64,000 nt of DNA from Mytilus edulis (GCF_963676685.1 NC_092348.1:86118001-86182000); one strand, 5' to 3'; shown: positions 1-12,842, counted from the stretch's first letter. Program-made: numbers and translations. Notes: generated by a model from the sequence alone, not told the origin.

Positions 1-879
1 GGATTTTTTTTTTGGCAAAGCATGAACAAATTATATCATTTTTAATTTATACTCCCATACAACCTTAAATTGTACATGTAAGTAGCAGAATCGCGGTTAT
101 GTTTTATCAATCAAAATCCACTTACAAACATTGTCATAATTATCTATTTGTGTTTCATCGTTCATGTTATTTACATTTTCTCAATCCTATTTTATGAATG
201 AATTAAGAATTCTAATCATAGTATAACGTACACCAAACTTGTACCACGTGGATTGTACTTGGTTTCGCGGATGACACATTCGAGATGTATCTTGAATAAT
301 AAGAAGTATAAATGAATGTTTACTTTCTGAAGTTATTCGGTACTTATTAACATTTTAAAAATCTCGGTTAGTCACATTAATGAAACGGTTTTATTCTTTT
401 AATTCATCATAAATATTTCCTGTTACATAACTGAGTATGCAATTTTTGTAACGGGAAAGAAAAACAATTGTTTAAGAGTCAAGGTTTCAATTTGACAAAC
501 CGCATACAACCTAAATATTATTATCATTACCATGCGGTTACAGCTTTTTCTATTATTAGACGTCAAAATACTGTAAAGGATTTATATGTTTGTGTGTTAG
601 TTGTTCAACACTTTTAAAAAATCTTTGCTGTTCCAACAATTCTATTATTGTATTTAATTCTTCTGTCTATAGCATTATATAGCATTATATGAGTTAAAAG
701 TAAAAAACAATATTGTGAATTTTGAATCAATTTTCGTCAGTCATAAATGTTTGTTTAGAACCAGAAATCTCTAACTAGATGATCGAATGTAAAGAGCTAC
801 TGCCTAGAAATTGCACATGATATGGCAAGATATGATATTGCATTAAAAATTGTATTGTATTATTATAAATTAATACTGA

Positions 880-1110
880 TATACAATAATAGTATAATAT
901 TGATATGAAACTCATACCTATATACAAAAATAGTATTATATTTATATGATACTGAAATACAAAAATAGTATCATTATATTGATATGAAACTCATACTAAT
1001 ATACAAAAATAGTATTATATTGATATGAAACTTAAAATAGTATTATATTATGATACAGATATACCGTGACAAATAGTATTATTAATAAATTGATATGTTA
1101 CTGATATACA
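880..1110. repeat. Decayed AT-rich tandem repeat
   Basis: ATACAAAAATAGTATTATATTGATATGAAACT recurs several times. Confidence 0.7.
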
Positions 1111-1641
1111 ACTGGACATATCTAATTACTCAAACATTAAGACGTAGATATATGTTTACACACACAGAAAAAAATATGGTATTGTTGTATAAAAAAGTAC
1201 TATATACAGATTAAAAACAAGAAAACACATAACTTTATAACATACATTTATCATATGAAAGAAGTTACTGGCTTTAATATGAAGATATTTCATCGAATTT
1301 TCGAAGCATCTACCCGGCTTAGTTTGAAATAATTTCGTTTTAAAGAAAACAAAAAACTTCTTGTTAAGTTTGAATAAATGCACATTTGCTAGAATAGAGG
1401 AATTAAGAGCTTACAAATATATTGTGTGGTCAAAATAAACATAAAAAAGATATGGTAGGATTGCCAATGAGACAATTCTCCACCAAAGTTTATATTATGT
1501 AGAAGTAAGCAACTATAGGTATCTTACGACCTACAAGCATGCTGTAAATGTATGCAACCAACATAATCTTGTACAATGTACAACTATAGTGTTAAACAAG
1601 AAAACGGATTTTATTTATAATTTCCTAAATTTGTTTCATAT

Positions 1642-3630
1642 GCCCGCGTCACACTGTCCCGATTTTTACGCCGATGGCAGCACGATTTTGGAAATTTTCA
1701 AAATCGGGACTGATCGTATCCAGATCGGGCTATTCGTAGTGCCATCTTTAACCATCGTAGAACCATCGGCCACTTTTTCTAGCCTTCGGAGACAACTTTG
1801 GGAAGGGTTCTAAATTTTTAAACATATTAAAAAATCCCCGAAAGTGCGCGTTGAGGGTTCGTATTGAGTTCGTATCACCATCCTCACCATCGTAATGTCA
1901 CCGGGAATGCATCTTTGATCATCGTATTGCATTCGTGTTTCCATCGTTTCCATCGGGCAGTTTTGACATTACGATGTCTACACGAATGAATCACGAAGCT
2001 ACCCGAAGGTCTTACGATGACAACACGACTTCATGAAGACCTCGTAATCCCGTCGTGTTGCCATCGAATAAAAGTACGAAGGCGACAAGATGGAACTACG
2101 ACGGCAATAAATCCAGCTAAATGTAAGTTAATTTTCGCGCTAAAATACATTTAAAGTGCCATGCGCGATATGCACTGGTCAGTCTAATACGACAGTTAAG
2201 AAAGACGTTCACAAAACATGGAGCACATATCATATGATTCTACGAGAACAAAAAAGGCGAAAGCGTTGTTTCTATTAATTCAAATGGAACAAGAAGAGCA
2301 GCTATTACAGGCTCAAGATTACTTTTACAAGTAAAATATTATTTTTTGTCAATTTTTCATATCAAGTAACATAATGAAAATCATAAACGCGCCTCGTACA
2401 CCAACACTGCAGGTACACGTATATAGGGAAACCTACTTTTTCTTCATTATTCTGATTTTTTATGTATCGTCTGAGTTGTTGTCACACGAATGTTTACTCC
2501 ATAACCATTTCGTTTTCTATATGTCATATTTTGCCGCATTTGTTGCTTTCCCCACATCCTTCCTTTTGTCTATATTATTATGAAATTCTCCTGGAAAGAG
2601 CTCTTTTTGAATAAAAGGGATCAACGAACCCATTACCTTACCTTTAAGATAGATCAGTAAACATGGGCATAATTATGGGTGATTATTCAGACTAGTGCAA
2701 ACATTTTACAGTTCAAACAAGGCAATGCCGAGCGTGGCTTCCCCTCGTATGTAACATATTGGGGACAAATATGGACACTATATTTGTATATGACACATGC
2801 AGAAAATGGTAAATTGAATATGCATATTTGATACATAAACTATTTTTTTTAGAAATCAACCAAAACATTCAGTAACTGGAAATACCTTTTATATTGTCTT
2901 TAGAACCAGCTGGTAAAAGAATGAGCAACTAATTTCCTGTGTATTATGCTATTTCGAGGAGAAAAAACAAGTCCATCTGCATGACCTTGACCTTTGGCCT
3001 TGAACGTAAAAAATATCAGATCATTACAAGAAGGAACAATATACCAAATGTGGTTAAAATCTTTTGAAGCATATTGGTTTTAGAGTGTCCACAAGGGTGA
3101 TATTGCCTTGTATTACAACTGCCACTGTGACCTTGACCTTTGAACTTTAAAGTCAATAGCGCTTAAGATAGTCTTGTACTTTCCTGCTATACTCATACCC
3201 CTCCCTCTATCTCTTCCTCTCCCTCTCCCTCTCCCTGATTTTGGTGGCATTATATGCAGAGACTCAGAGTCAAGTTTTACCCTTCAAGCCCACGGTCTTC
3301 CGCCTTATGATTAAACCGGAAATTAAATGTACGATATAATATATATTCAATATTGATCAAACAATTTAAAACGCGTGATGCCTTCGGCATATACTTTAAA
3401 TTCATCGTAAGCTGTACACGACGTCTTTTAGACATCGTATGGCCATCGCGCCATCATCGTAATCCATCGTGTAGCCTTTGTAATCCATCGTGTAGCCTTC
3501 ATGATCCATCTTGTAGGCTTCGGCTGAGATATGAAGCTTAAATACCCGTCTTCGGTTAACCTTCGTATGTCCATCTTTTGCTATCGTATATAATTTCGGC
3601 ACCATCGTATAGACCTCGTTATTCATCGTA
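1642..3630. mobile_element. Truncated Harbinger-like non-autonomous element
   Basis: Left end GCCCGCGTCACACTGTCCCGATTT resembles the GCC..GTCACAC termini at 44151; CATCGT-rich internal repeats at both ends; right TIR missing. Confidence 0.55.
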
Positions 3631-4513
3631 CTTGTTATTATATAAAACATATATTTCGCCAAGTTACAAAGTAGCCAAACCAAATAATCGTGTTTTTAAT
3701 TGTGTGGTTTAAAGAATTCGATATAGATCTATCATAACGGGACGAAGAGTGCAGGTGAAAAGATAGGATCAATTATATCTGATCTTGTCATGCAGACTAC
3801 CTGTAACGATTAACGATAACCTGTAACGATTAGCGATCCGTACCTGTAATAAATGTGTTACTCTATACTATTTGAATCACTGTCTTATCGATGTTAAGTG
3901 TAAATATTCTATAATATTTAACTTCACCCTTTGTACTTTTAAGTTAATTATTTCTATGGAATGTAGATAGTTTTTTTTATATAAATAATATATTCTAATT
4001 AGTAATACTTAAATATTTACACCTTACTTGTGTTCAAAAGAACTGATAATATCTCGGTACTTTTAAGCAAAAAGTACTTTTTTATCATCTGATTAATTGC
4101 TTTTTAACAGGAACTAAAGTACAATTATAATACTATTTGGAGGAATTAGCTGAGAATTTTGAAGTTAACTAAATTTCATTTAGACCTCCTTTTAGGTATA
4201 AATGAAATTTAGTTAACTTCATACACCCACAAGGAGAGGGAGAAAACAAATTCAATTTATCAGTTTTAAAAGTTATTTCTTATACAGTTATTGCGAAAGA
4301 GCAGTTTCTAGATATCTGACAGTTTTATGATCAACCACCTACGTTTTATCTGCGAATTGTTTATTCACTTACTTGAACATGAATGGCCAATACTAATATA
4401 ATGCATTAATACTTGATACAGAAAGAGTCCAATATAGAATAAAAAAAAACCTCCAGAAACTTATTTGATGCGAAAATATACTTCTTGTCCGCGGAGATTG
4501 AATCAGCTTGTTT

Positions 4514-4663
4514 TTGGTACCATATGCCATGCCGTGTTATATCTTTGCGTGTGCCATGCCAGGGATTGCTCGTGCATATGCCGTGCTGTGCTGTGCCGTG
4601 CCATGCCGGTGTATAGGTCATGCTGTATCTTGTCGTCATGTGCCCGTGCCATATAGTACCATA
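4514..4663. repeat. Degenerate (CCRTG)n pentamer tract
   Basis: CCATG/CCGTG/CTGTG iterations. Confidence 0.7.
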
Positions 4664-5592
4664 TACATTCATTACGTTACAACTAGTCTTATGAATACTT
4701 AAATTATTTTCTTATCGCCTCAACAAAATAAAATTAAATCCGATAGCGCACATAAAATCGTATTTCTGTGAAGAGATAACATGATATTTTATTTTTACAG
4801 ATGAATAAATGTAAAGTCATCTTACAGTTAATGGAGTGCACTGAACTCGTGAGGTACTAATGGACCTCATAAATTAATGTCACACACAAATATTAATTTT
4901 TAGTAAAAAAATATTAATATTAACTGACCTAAATGTATTCAATTCAACAAATTTTACGCTCTTTCAGATATTCTCGATTTAATCTGCAATAATTAAGATA
5001 TATAATATATTTTAGTGAAAATTTAATTGCATCCCCCATGAAGGTAAAATTAAAAATCATAATTGAAATGTTTATTCTTTTATTTTTTTCAAATTTGAGA
5101 AGATTTATATGGCGCCATTTGCATAGGAGGCACACAGTACTAATACTTTAGAAAAATTACGCTTGTAATATAAATTATTATTTGAAAGATATTCTGTCAA
5201 TAACCAACGCCATAAATTGTACAAATGCATGTCACTAAAAGGACTCTCTAACCACCAAATGGTAGAAAGATGGACAATGTCAAAATGCTTATGAATGTAA
5301 AATATACAAAATATTCATATGTAATTATTAAGGTCTTTTTTCATATCATTATTTGTTACCAACACTTTTTTACATAATTTTTCATCCGAAGTTCCGACTT
5401 TATGAGGATCTTTTTTCATCCGAAGTTCCCACTTTATGAGGTTCTAGAAATAGGGTCTGTAATTTCTTTAATATTCTATTTCAAAGACCATTTTCTCTAT
5501 TCTCTCTCCATTCCATCTTCTGCATTTTTGTTCCTTATCTGTATATAGTGCACTCTATTTTTCATTTTTTTTATTGCCTTTTTTGTATATTC

Positions 5593-5752
5593 TTTTTTTT
5601 TGGGGTGGTCCCTTTATTTTGTATATTAAGCCTATTTTTTTGGGCTGGTCCCTTTATTTTGTATGTTAAGCCTGTTTTTTGGGGGTGGTCCCTTTATTTT
5701 GTATATTAAGCCTATTTTTTGGGGTGGTCCCTTTATTTTGTAAGTTAAGCCT
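5593..5752. repeat. ~40-bp minisatellite x4
   Basis: GGTGGTCCCTTTATTTTGTATATTAAGCCT units. Confidence 0.9.
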
Positions 5753-7169
5753 AATATTCACTTATCTGTAAACTCCAATACGAATCAAACTGTAGACCAT
5801 GGACCTACATAATTGGGAACGATTCCTGCTGAGATAATGACATCAGTTGTGCTGCTGTGGCATCTCTAGTGGTCGATGTCATGAAAGAAGTTGGATTGAA
5901 ACTCAAATCTGTGTCTTGGATTGAAACTGAAATAATTAATCAAATTTTTCTAATTGTTAAAGGCCCATTGTTGCTATCTTATACACCATTTGGTTGGTGG
6001 TTGTCTCATTGGCAATTATGTCCCATCTTCATATGCATTTTTTTATAAAGGTAACATTGTAGATCGTTTACAAATTTTCCTTTTTTAAATCTTGATGTTG
6101 ACTAGATTATGACTTTTTTTAATTAACTTGTTTTTTATTCAAAATTTCGCAACAATTGCATCATTTGCTATGTCAAACACGTACGCAGTGTAGAGGACAA
6201 AGTCTTGTGAATAACAGGTTACCCTCAAAGTATGCGTACAATGCTCAATTTTAGTATAATCATACTGATTACAAACACAATACCATATATATGTCAGTAA
6301 AACTATTAAATCGAGAGGGCAACAGGTATATATATTGTTTCAGGACAGTGAAAATCAAGGTTAGTCAAAATTGTCAATTCATGATAGACGTAAAACGAAT
6401 TTTACCTTTGGCAAAACAACAAAGGGAAAACTTTACTTTCACCGATTTGATCTTTAAAGCCAATGATCCGATGAATAGTCGGACAATTACTAAACAAAAA
6501 CATGCAAAAAAATCATTCATAAAAAATAAATCTGATTAATAAATTCATACCATATAAGTAATATCTCCGTAAAATATGTTCTATCCGTCATCAGATAATC
6601 AGAAAGTGTCAAAAGGACACGCGACAAAAATATAAAAAGGTGTGTTTATTTTCATGGAACAAAAAATGTTTACACAACCGACAGACTTTAAACAATATAA
6701 ACAAATAATTAAGACGTTTCGATTTTCAAGCTGATTTACTTAATAAACCATTAGTAAGATCTTAGTTGATAGATATATGTTTTTAGACGTAAACGAAACC
6801 CAGTAGACGTCAAAATATGACAATACTTGACCAAGCAAATTATTTTGACCCTGTTTGTCAACACTCTATAAACCATAAGTATTTGTACTAAATATCTTAG
6901 TGTTTGTACTACTTTATTCTTAAAATGTCAGTGGCAGATCTCTAATATTAATAGTTTGATTTTTTTTTTATCTTAATGTGTATGGCAATACATACAGCCT
7001 CTTAATGGTCGCGACACACATTACTTAAATCTAACTGTTAACTGAGAAGAGATAACAAATAACAACCCCGCCTCATCCTTTCTCAACCCTAAAAAAAAAA
7101 TAACAACCCCGAACATATGAAATGATAAGGCATATCAACTTATAATTAAGAATATTAAAAGAAAAATAC

Positions 7170-7575
7170 TGTCTTCTGACATCAGACTCGGACTTCTCTT
7201 GAATTGAATTTTAAATGTACGTATTGTTATGCGTTTACTTATCTACATTGGCTAGAGGTATAGGGGGAGGGTTGAGATCTCATAAACATGTTTAACCCCG
7301 CCGCATTTTTGCGCCTGTCCCAAGTCAGGAGCCTCTGGTCTTTGTTAGTCTTGTATTATTTTAATTTTAGTTTCTTGTGTACAATTTGGAAATTAGTATG
7401 GCGTTCATTATCACTGAACTAGTATATATTTGTTTAGGGGCCAGCTGAAGGACGCCTCCGGGTGCGGGAATTTCTCGTTACATTGAAGACCTGTTGGTGA
7501 CCTTCTGCTGTTGTTTTTCTATGGTCGGGTTGTTGTTTCTTTGATACATTCCTGATTTCCATTCTCAATTTTATA
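7170..7575 (+). mobile_element. Non-coding interspersed repeat carrying the intact twister motif
   Basis: Its 3' part recurs inverted at ~51390-51620. Confidence 0.7.
7250..7340 (+). ncRNA. Type-P5 twister ribozyme motif, core intact
   Basis: GGCTAGAGGT(P5)-ATA-GGGG(P2')-GAGGG-[21 nt]-TAA-CCCC(P2)-GC-CGCATTTTTGCG(P3)-CCTG(P4)-TCCCAAGT-CAGG-A-GCCTCTGGTC(P5). Predicted cleavage U7293^A7294. Confidence 0.75.
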
Positions 7576-7744
7576 AAACAATCCAGGTGATAAGAAGGTC
7601 CTTTTAAATTATAAAAAAAGCTTTTGAAATACCAAAATGATAAGCTAGATACTGTTTTATTACCAAAAGAAAATAACAAAAAATATTGCTCACCGGATGT
7701 TTAAAAAAAAATGAATCGCAAATAATCTAAATAATGGATAATAC

Positions 7745-7943
7745 AACACCCGCCTCCTCCAGAGAAATATCCTTACAAAACAAGTAATAGACACATGGTC
7801 CAGATAAACACCCGCCTCCTCCAGAGAAATATCCTTACAAAACAAGTAATAGACACATGGTCCAGATAAACACCCGCCTCCTCCAGAGAAATATCCTTAC
7901 AAAACAAGTAATAGACACAACACATGGTCCAGATAAACACCCG
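7745..7943. repeat. 62-bp minisatellite x3
   Basis: CACCCGCCTCCTCCAGAG... at 7747, 7809, 7871. Confidence 0.92.
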
Positions 7944-8207
7944 TCCTTGGTGACTCCTGCATATGGACAACAATACTATGTGTTCATCATACATCAGCCA
8001 CAAGGAAGGACTTAACTTATAAAAGCTAGTTTTATAATGGAGGTGAAGCTGATTCTGGTGAATGGTCAATAAACACTAAGCATAATGGGTTTTATTAAAT
8101 TATACGATTAAAACAGCCAAAATACTACCAAAACGGCATGTGTCATACTGGTGACGTCGTCCTGGTCATACAAATCACGTGCTCTATATTGCTTTTCGGC
8201 CCTGTCT

Positions 8208-8567
8208 AATAATTCCAATACGGACTGGCAATGAATCCTGAATACATGTAAACATATATTGTGCATGTAATTCAGGATTCATTGCCAGTCCGTATTGAAA
8301 ATATTGGCCCTATATCCACATCATTGCCAGTCCGTATTGGAAATATTGGCCCTATATTCACATCATTGCCAGTCCGTATTGGAAATATTGGCCATATATT
8401 CACATCATTGCCAGTCCGTATTGGAAATATTGGCCCTATATTCACATCATTGCCAGTCCGTATTGGAAATATTGGCCCTATATTCACATCATTGCCAGTC
8501 CGTATTGGAAATATTGGCCATATATTCACATCATTGCCGTATTGGAAATATTGGCCCTATATTCACA
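8208..8567. repeat. ~40-bp inverted repeat followed by 42-bp minisatellite x7
   Basis: CATTGCCAGTCCGTATTGGAAATATTGGCCCTATATTCACAT units; inverted partial unit at 8208-8249. Confidence 0.92.
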
Positions 8568-10756
8568 TTTGATGTATGTAATAATATCGGATTAAAGTTA
8601 AAAGTGCGCACAAACCTCCCCTTTGCATGTCTAGACAAGATGTCGTAAATCTAAAAAAAATATACAAATGTAAAATGAAATGTAACAACCTGTACTTGCA
8701 GCTATCAGTTAAGAAGACTAATGACCGTTAACGTGAACAAGGAAATAAGAAAGACACACCGTTAAGAAATAAGTGTTAAAATGTAATTGCAACTCGCGAA
8801 GACAGCGCTACAGTTGTTGGATAGAAAATGCTGAACCAAGAAAAAAAAAAGACCCGAAATAAAACTTAATTAAAAAAAAACTGAACTCCAAAATCAGTTA
8901 ATCGCGCGCACCTATTCTGGTGTTTTTAAGGTCTTTCCACTACGTTAGGAAATACTTTACTGTTTTTCGATTGCTTTTATTTTGTTTTCTTTTTTTTCTT
9001 CCAACATTTTTTTGACATGCCCTCCTCCCATTTCTGTTGAAGTTATTAAGACCAAATATGGAACATCGATAGACCTCGTCATGAAATATTACCAGATGAC
9101 CCTGTTTTGGATTTCATTTTTTATTTGTTATTAACATTACCGCTAAACAAAATTTCAACGTACGAAATGAACCAAATCATGTCATACTGGACAACGTCAA
9201 TGGCCCATGTACGGAATGAACTTTGTAATATTCTACCGGACAACGTCAACGATCGGAATTTAAGTGTGAAAAATGAATTCCAGTGTAACGATAATGTACC
9301 AAATAACATTGTATCAAAAATGACAATATTCCTCTCGAGGACAACAAATTATATGTTCATGGTCAAGTATGACACTTATTGCAAATTGCTTGTCAAATTG
9401 TTCTTAATAAAGCCATGATAAAGTAGTATTTATATATGCTTGATTATTTCTACTCAATGAACCGTATTCGAAATTGAGAATACCCCCGACGGTACTAAGT
9501 TACATAGACACTGTGGGTGCTGTGTCAGTAACTTAAGATGAAGACAATTAATAAATTTAGTCAGGTCATATAGGTAGACTCGCTGCGATGAAAGCTCGAC
9601 ATATTGCATAGAACGTGTTCGATATTCAGAATACCCCTGTACCGTACTAAGGTACTGAGAGACTGTGTGTGCTTTGTCAACATACTCGTACTAAGATACC
9701 GTAGGTGCTGTTATTGTAACCTAAGATGAAGATAATTAATAAATCTAATTAGGTGATATAGGTTGACTTGATGCGATCGGAGCTCGACATATTGCATAGA
9801 CACCCGTGTCTCAGTTTTTGTTGAAAACTGTACGCTGACCTATAGAGTTTCTTTTGATTATTTTGGTTTGTTGGGTTGTTGTCTCATTGAAGAATAACCC
9901 GAACTCAAACCTTTGTTTGACTATAAATTTATAATGAACTTATACATATACATGTTACAAGTATTTAATAAAAAATGTGAAAACAAATCTATAAACAAAT
10001 ACAAAGTATGAGATGCAAAACTTAAGTACGTGCACTAGCTTGGTGGGAAGTTTCAAGGATTTAGGTTAAAAACGAAAGAAATAGATAAGTATATACGCAA
10101 AATGATAAATATCTTTTATTAACTTTTCTGAAAATAAACAGCATTAATTTTTAATATGTGTTATCATTTAATACAATATGAATGGTAAAGTCGTTTTACT
10201 AAAACAATCAAGTGCAGGTCGACATTGAACATATCTATTATATAAATATATAACGTATGTTACCATCAATCTCGTGTAAGGTAAGCTTCAGTAGCATAAA
10301 AAGAAAATACCTGACATTGCAAAAATGTTTGAAATTTGAATGGTAATATTACTTTCATTGCACTGAAAGATTCTGATTTCCCGGTCAATAAAATAATCGA
10401 AAATTTCATATGTGAAAAAAAGTTATCTAATTACACTACTCATTATTTTATAAAACAAGAAGAAAGAATATTTCAAAATGTTGACATCTGGAAAACTAAG
10501 GATTTGCACGTCCTTGGCCTTAAATCTTGATTTGAAGGAAATTTCTCAGCTCGAATATTAAACGATTGGGGAAAAGGTTGTACATATGACATGCATTCGA
10601 ATGGTATAATAATTTAGTCAAATGTAATGTGTGCATTAAAGTGTAATTTGTTTTGTGATTCCGCTGTAAATTAAACCGTACCAATGTTTCAACCTCCCAT
10701 TTCTTAGCAGTAATATATATTTGAGAGTATCAAAGGTACCAGGATTATAATTTAGA

Positions 10757-10799
10757 ACGCCAGATGCGCGTTTCGTCTACTTAAGCGCATCAGTGACAC
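10757..10799 (-). ncRNA. Minimal type-I hammerhead motif, degenerate
   Basis: GTGTCA-CTGATGC-GCTTAAGTAGAC-GAAA-CGCGCA-TC-TGGCGT; A9C change and a stem-III mismatch. Confidence 0.6.
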
Positions 10800-11108
10800 T
10801 CAGTTCAAAATAGTTAATTAGCCAAACAAGTGCAAAGTTTAAGAGCATCCAGGACCTAAAATGCCTAAAAGTTGTGCTAAATACGTATAAGGAAAACTAT
10901 TCCTGGGATAAGAAAATCCTAGTATTTTGTAAAATTCATACTTTTGTAAACAGGAAATTTATGAAAATGACCATATAATTGATATTCATGTCAACACCGA
11001 AGTGCTGACTACTAGGCTGGTGATGCCATCGGGGACGAAACTTCCACCATCAGTGGCATCGACCCAGTGGTGTAAATAGTTATCAAAGGTACCAGGCTTA
11101 TAATTTTA

Positions 11109-11728
11109 CGGCATACGATACAGTTTCAGGGGAGGTAATGACGTTGTTAACGTAAATTGTTATTTTCGCGACGTCAAACTATGACTTGTCGGGAAAAGAT
11201 TCAGTTTTCGACTGATTTTTATCATTCAAACTTATTTAACTTGAAAACGAGTTCATGGACCCCTCTTTTTTAAAATGCCATTTGGTTTGATAACGCGAGA
11301 TTATGTGTGCCAATTTTCATGAAAACGTAAATAGTGCAATTTTTTTTAATTTGATAAATATACAGCAAAAAATGATGTTTTTTTCTACTTTATTGAACAT
11401 TTGATAAATATGAGTGATTTCTGAATAAAAAATGTATAATTTTTTTGGATACTTATTAAATACAGAAATTACATATTATTTAATAAAAAAACCAATTTGT
11501 GTTTATCTTTTAAAACAAAAAAGTTATCTCTTTCTTTCGAAAGGGAAAATACGGCAACAAATCCGAATTTTGAGCAAATATACAAAATTTCGATCTCATT
11601 TTACTCAAAAAGTAGCACATGAAGGTATATTTTTTATTACATATTTGATTTAATCAGGTACAAAATAGTCTATATGGATTTTTTTTTATCAAAATGTAAA
11701 TACGGGATCAAAACTGTATCTCATGCCC
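11109..11728. mobile_element. Kolobok-type MITE inserted in the hammerhead repeat
   Basis: TTTA|CGGCATACGATACAGTTT...AAACTGTATCTCATGCCC|TTAA; the host repeat resumes afterwards. Confidence 0.75.
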
Positions 11729-11733
11729 TTAAT

Positions 11734-11781
11734 ACGACAGACGCGCGTTTCGTCTACTTTTAAAAGACTCATCTGTGACGC
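11734..11781 (-). ncRNA. Minimal type-I hammerhead ribozyme motif (U4A core change)
   Basis: GCGTCA-CAGATGA-GTC(11 nt)GAC-GAAA-CGCGCG-TC-TGTCGT; palindromic stem III; GUC cleavage triplet. Confidence 0.7.
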
Positions 11782-12303
11782 TCTGATCAATAATTATAAA
11801 GCCAAACAAGAACAAAATTGAAGAGTATGGTCAATCTTATGGCGTTTACTTATCTGTATTGATATGTTTCGCTTAAAAATGTTTCCACATTACGGACTTA
11901 ACAAATTGTTTTCCTTACATTTAACACTGCCAAAAAAAAGAAGTGTTAGAGAGAGGAACTGAAATCGACACTACATACGTTTTACGGTCATCAGCACAAA
12001 TTGGGCTGTGTTCACATTGACATAAACTCGGTGTTGTGTAAGTGTAACTCACACGTAAACTAAACAAAATTACGTTCACATTGATAAAAAACCGACAAAA
12101 ATTAAATGTTTACATGTAGTGTAAAACATGTTTTGTCTACATGCAGTCGATACTCAATGTAGGCCTTGTGTAGATTAAGTGTACACAAAACTAGGCATTT
12201 AAAACAAAAGTTTCACCGTGTATATTTAAGGAAGAAACATTTTTTTAATAAAATTGATATTTATAACAATTATTAAGAAAGTTCTTTACAGAAATATTTG
12301 TCT

Positions 12304-12842
12304 AAAAGAGGGACGAAAGATACCAAAGGGACAGTCAAACTCATAAATCTAAAACAAACTGACAACGCCATGGCTAAAAATGAAAAATACAAACAGAAAA
12401 ACAATAGTACACATGACACAACATAGAAAACTAAGGAAAAATAAACAACACGAACCCCACCAAAAACTAGGGGTGATCTCAGGTGCTCCGGAAGGGTAAG
12501 CAGATCCTGCTCCACATGTGGCACCCGTCGTGTTGTTTATGTGATTACAAATCCGGTAAATAGTCTAATTCGGTAGGTCACATTCATGAAAGGGAAGGGG
12601 ATTGTAGTTACGACGTAAGGATCATATCCGATATCATTTGTGAAACGGTTATTCCATAACGGTCAACCAACTCGTGATGGCGTCCGTAAAATTTACGAAG
12701 GGATGATTTCAACTTCACCATTTGGAACTCTTGGTTTAAAAGCTTCCTTGTGAGCAGTAACCCTCTATCAAGAAAATCATGATAGGAAATGCAAGCACGG
12801 GAATATCGTATCAATTGGGAGATATATACCCCGTATGCAGGT
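12304..12842 (-). mobile_element. Penelope-like element 3' end inserted in a Harbinger-type MITE
   Basis: AYGVYISQLIRYSRAC...; near-identical to 24950-25470; absent from the sister MITE copy. Confidence 0.88.

Larger units (their letters stand above)
10728..11828 (-). mobile_element. 353-bp tandem hammerhead repeat (non-LTR retrozyme-like); second unit interrupted by a MITE
   Basis: Unit start TATCAAAGGTACCAGG at 10728 and 11081; minus-strand type-I hammerhead motifs at 10757-10799 and 11734-11781. Confidence 0.75.

Noticed and set aside
8261-8648. Repetitive ORFs (SLPVRIGNIGPIFT)n
   Set aside because: These are translations of a 42-bp minisatellite that is open in several frames; no splice or domain support
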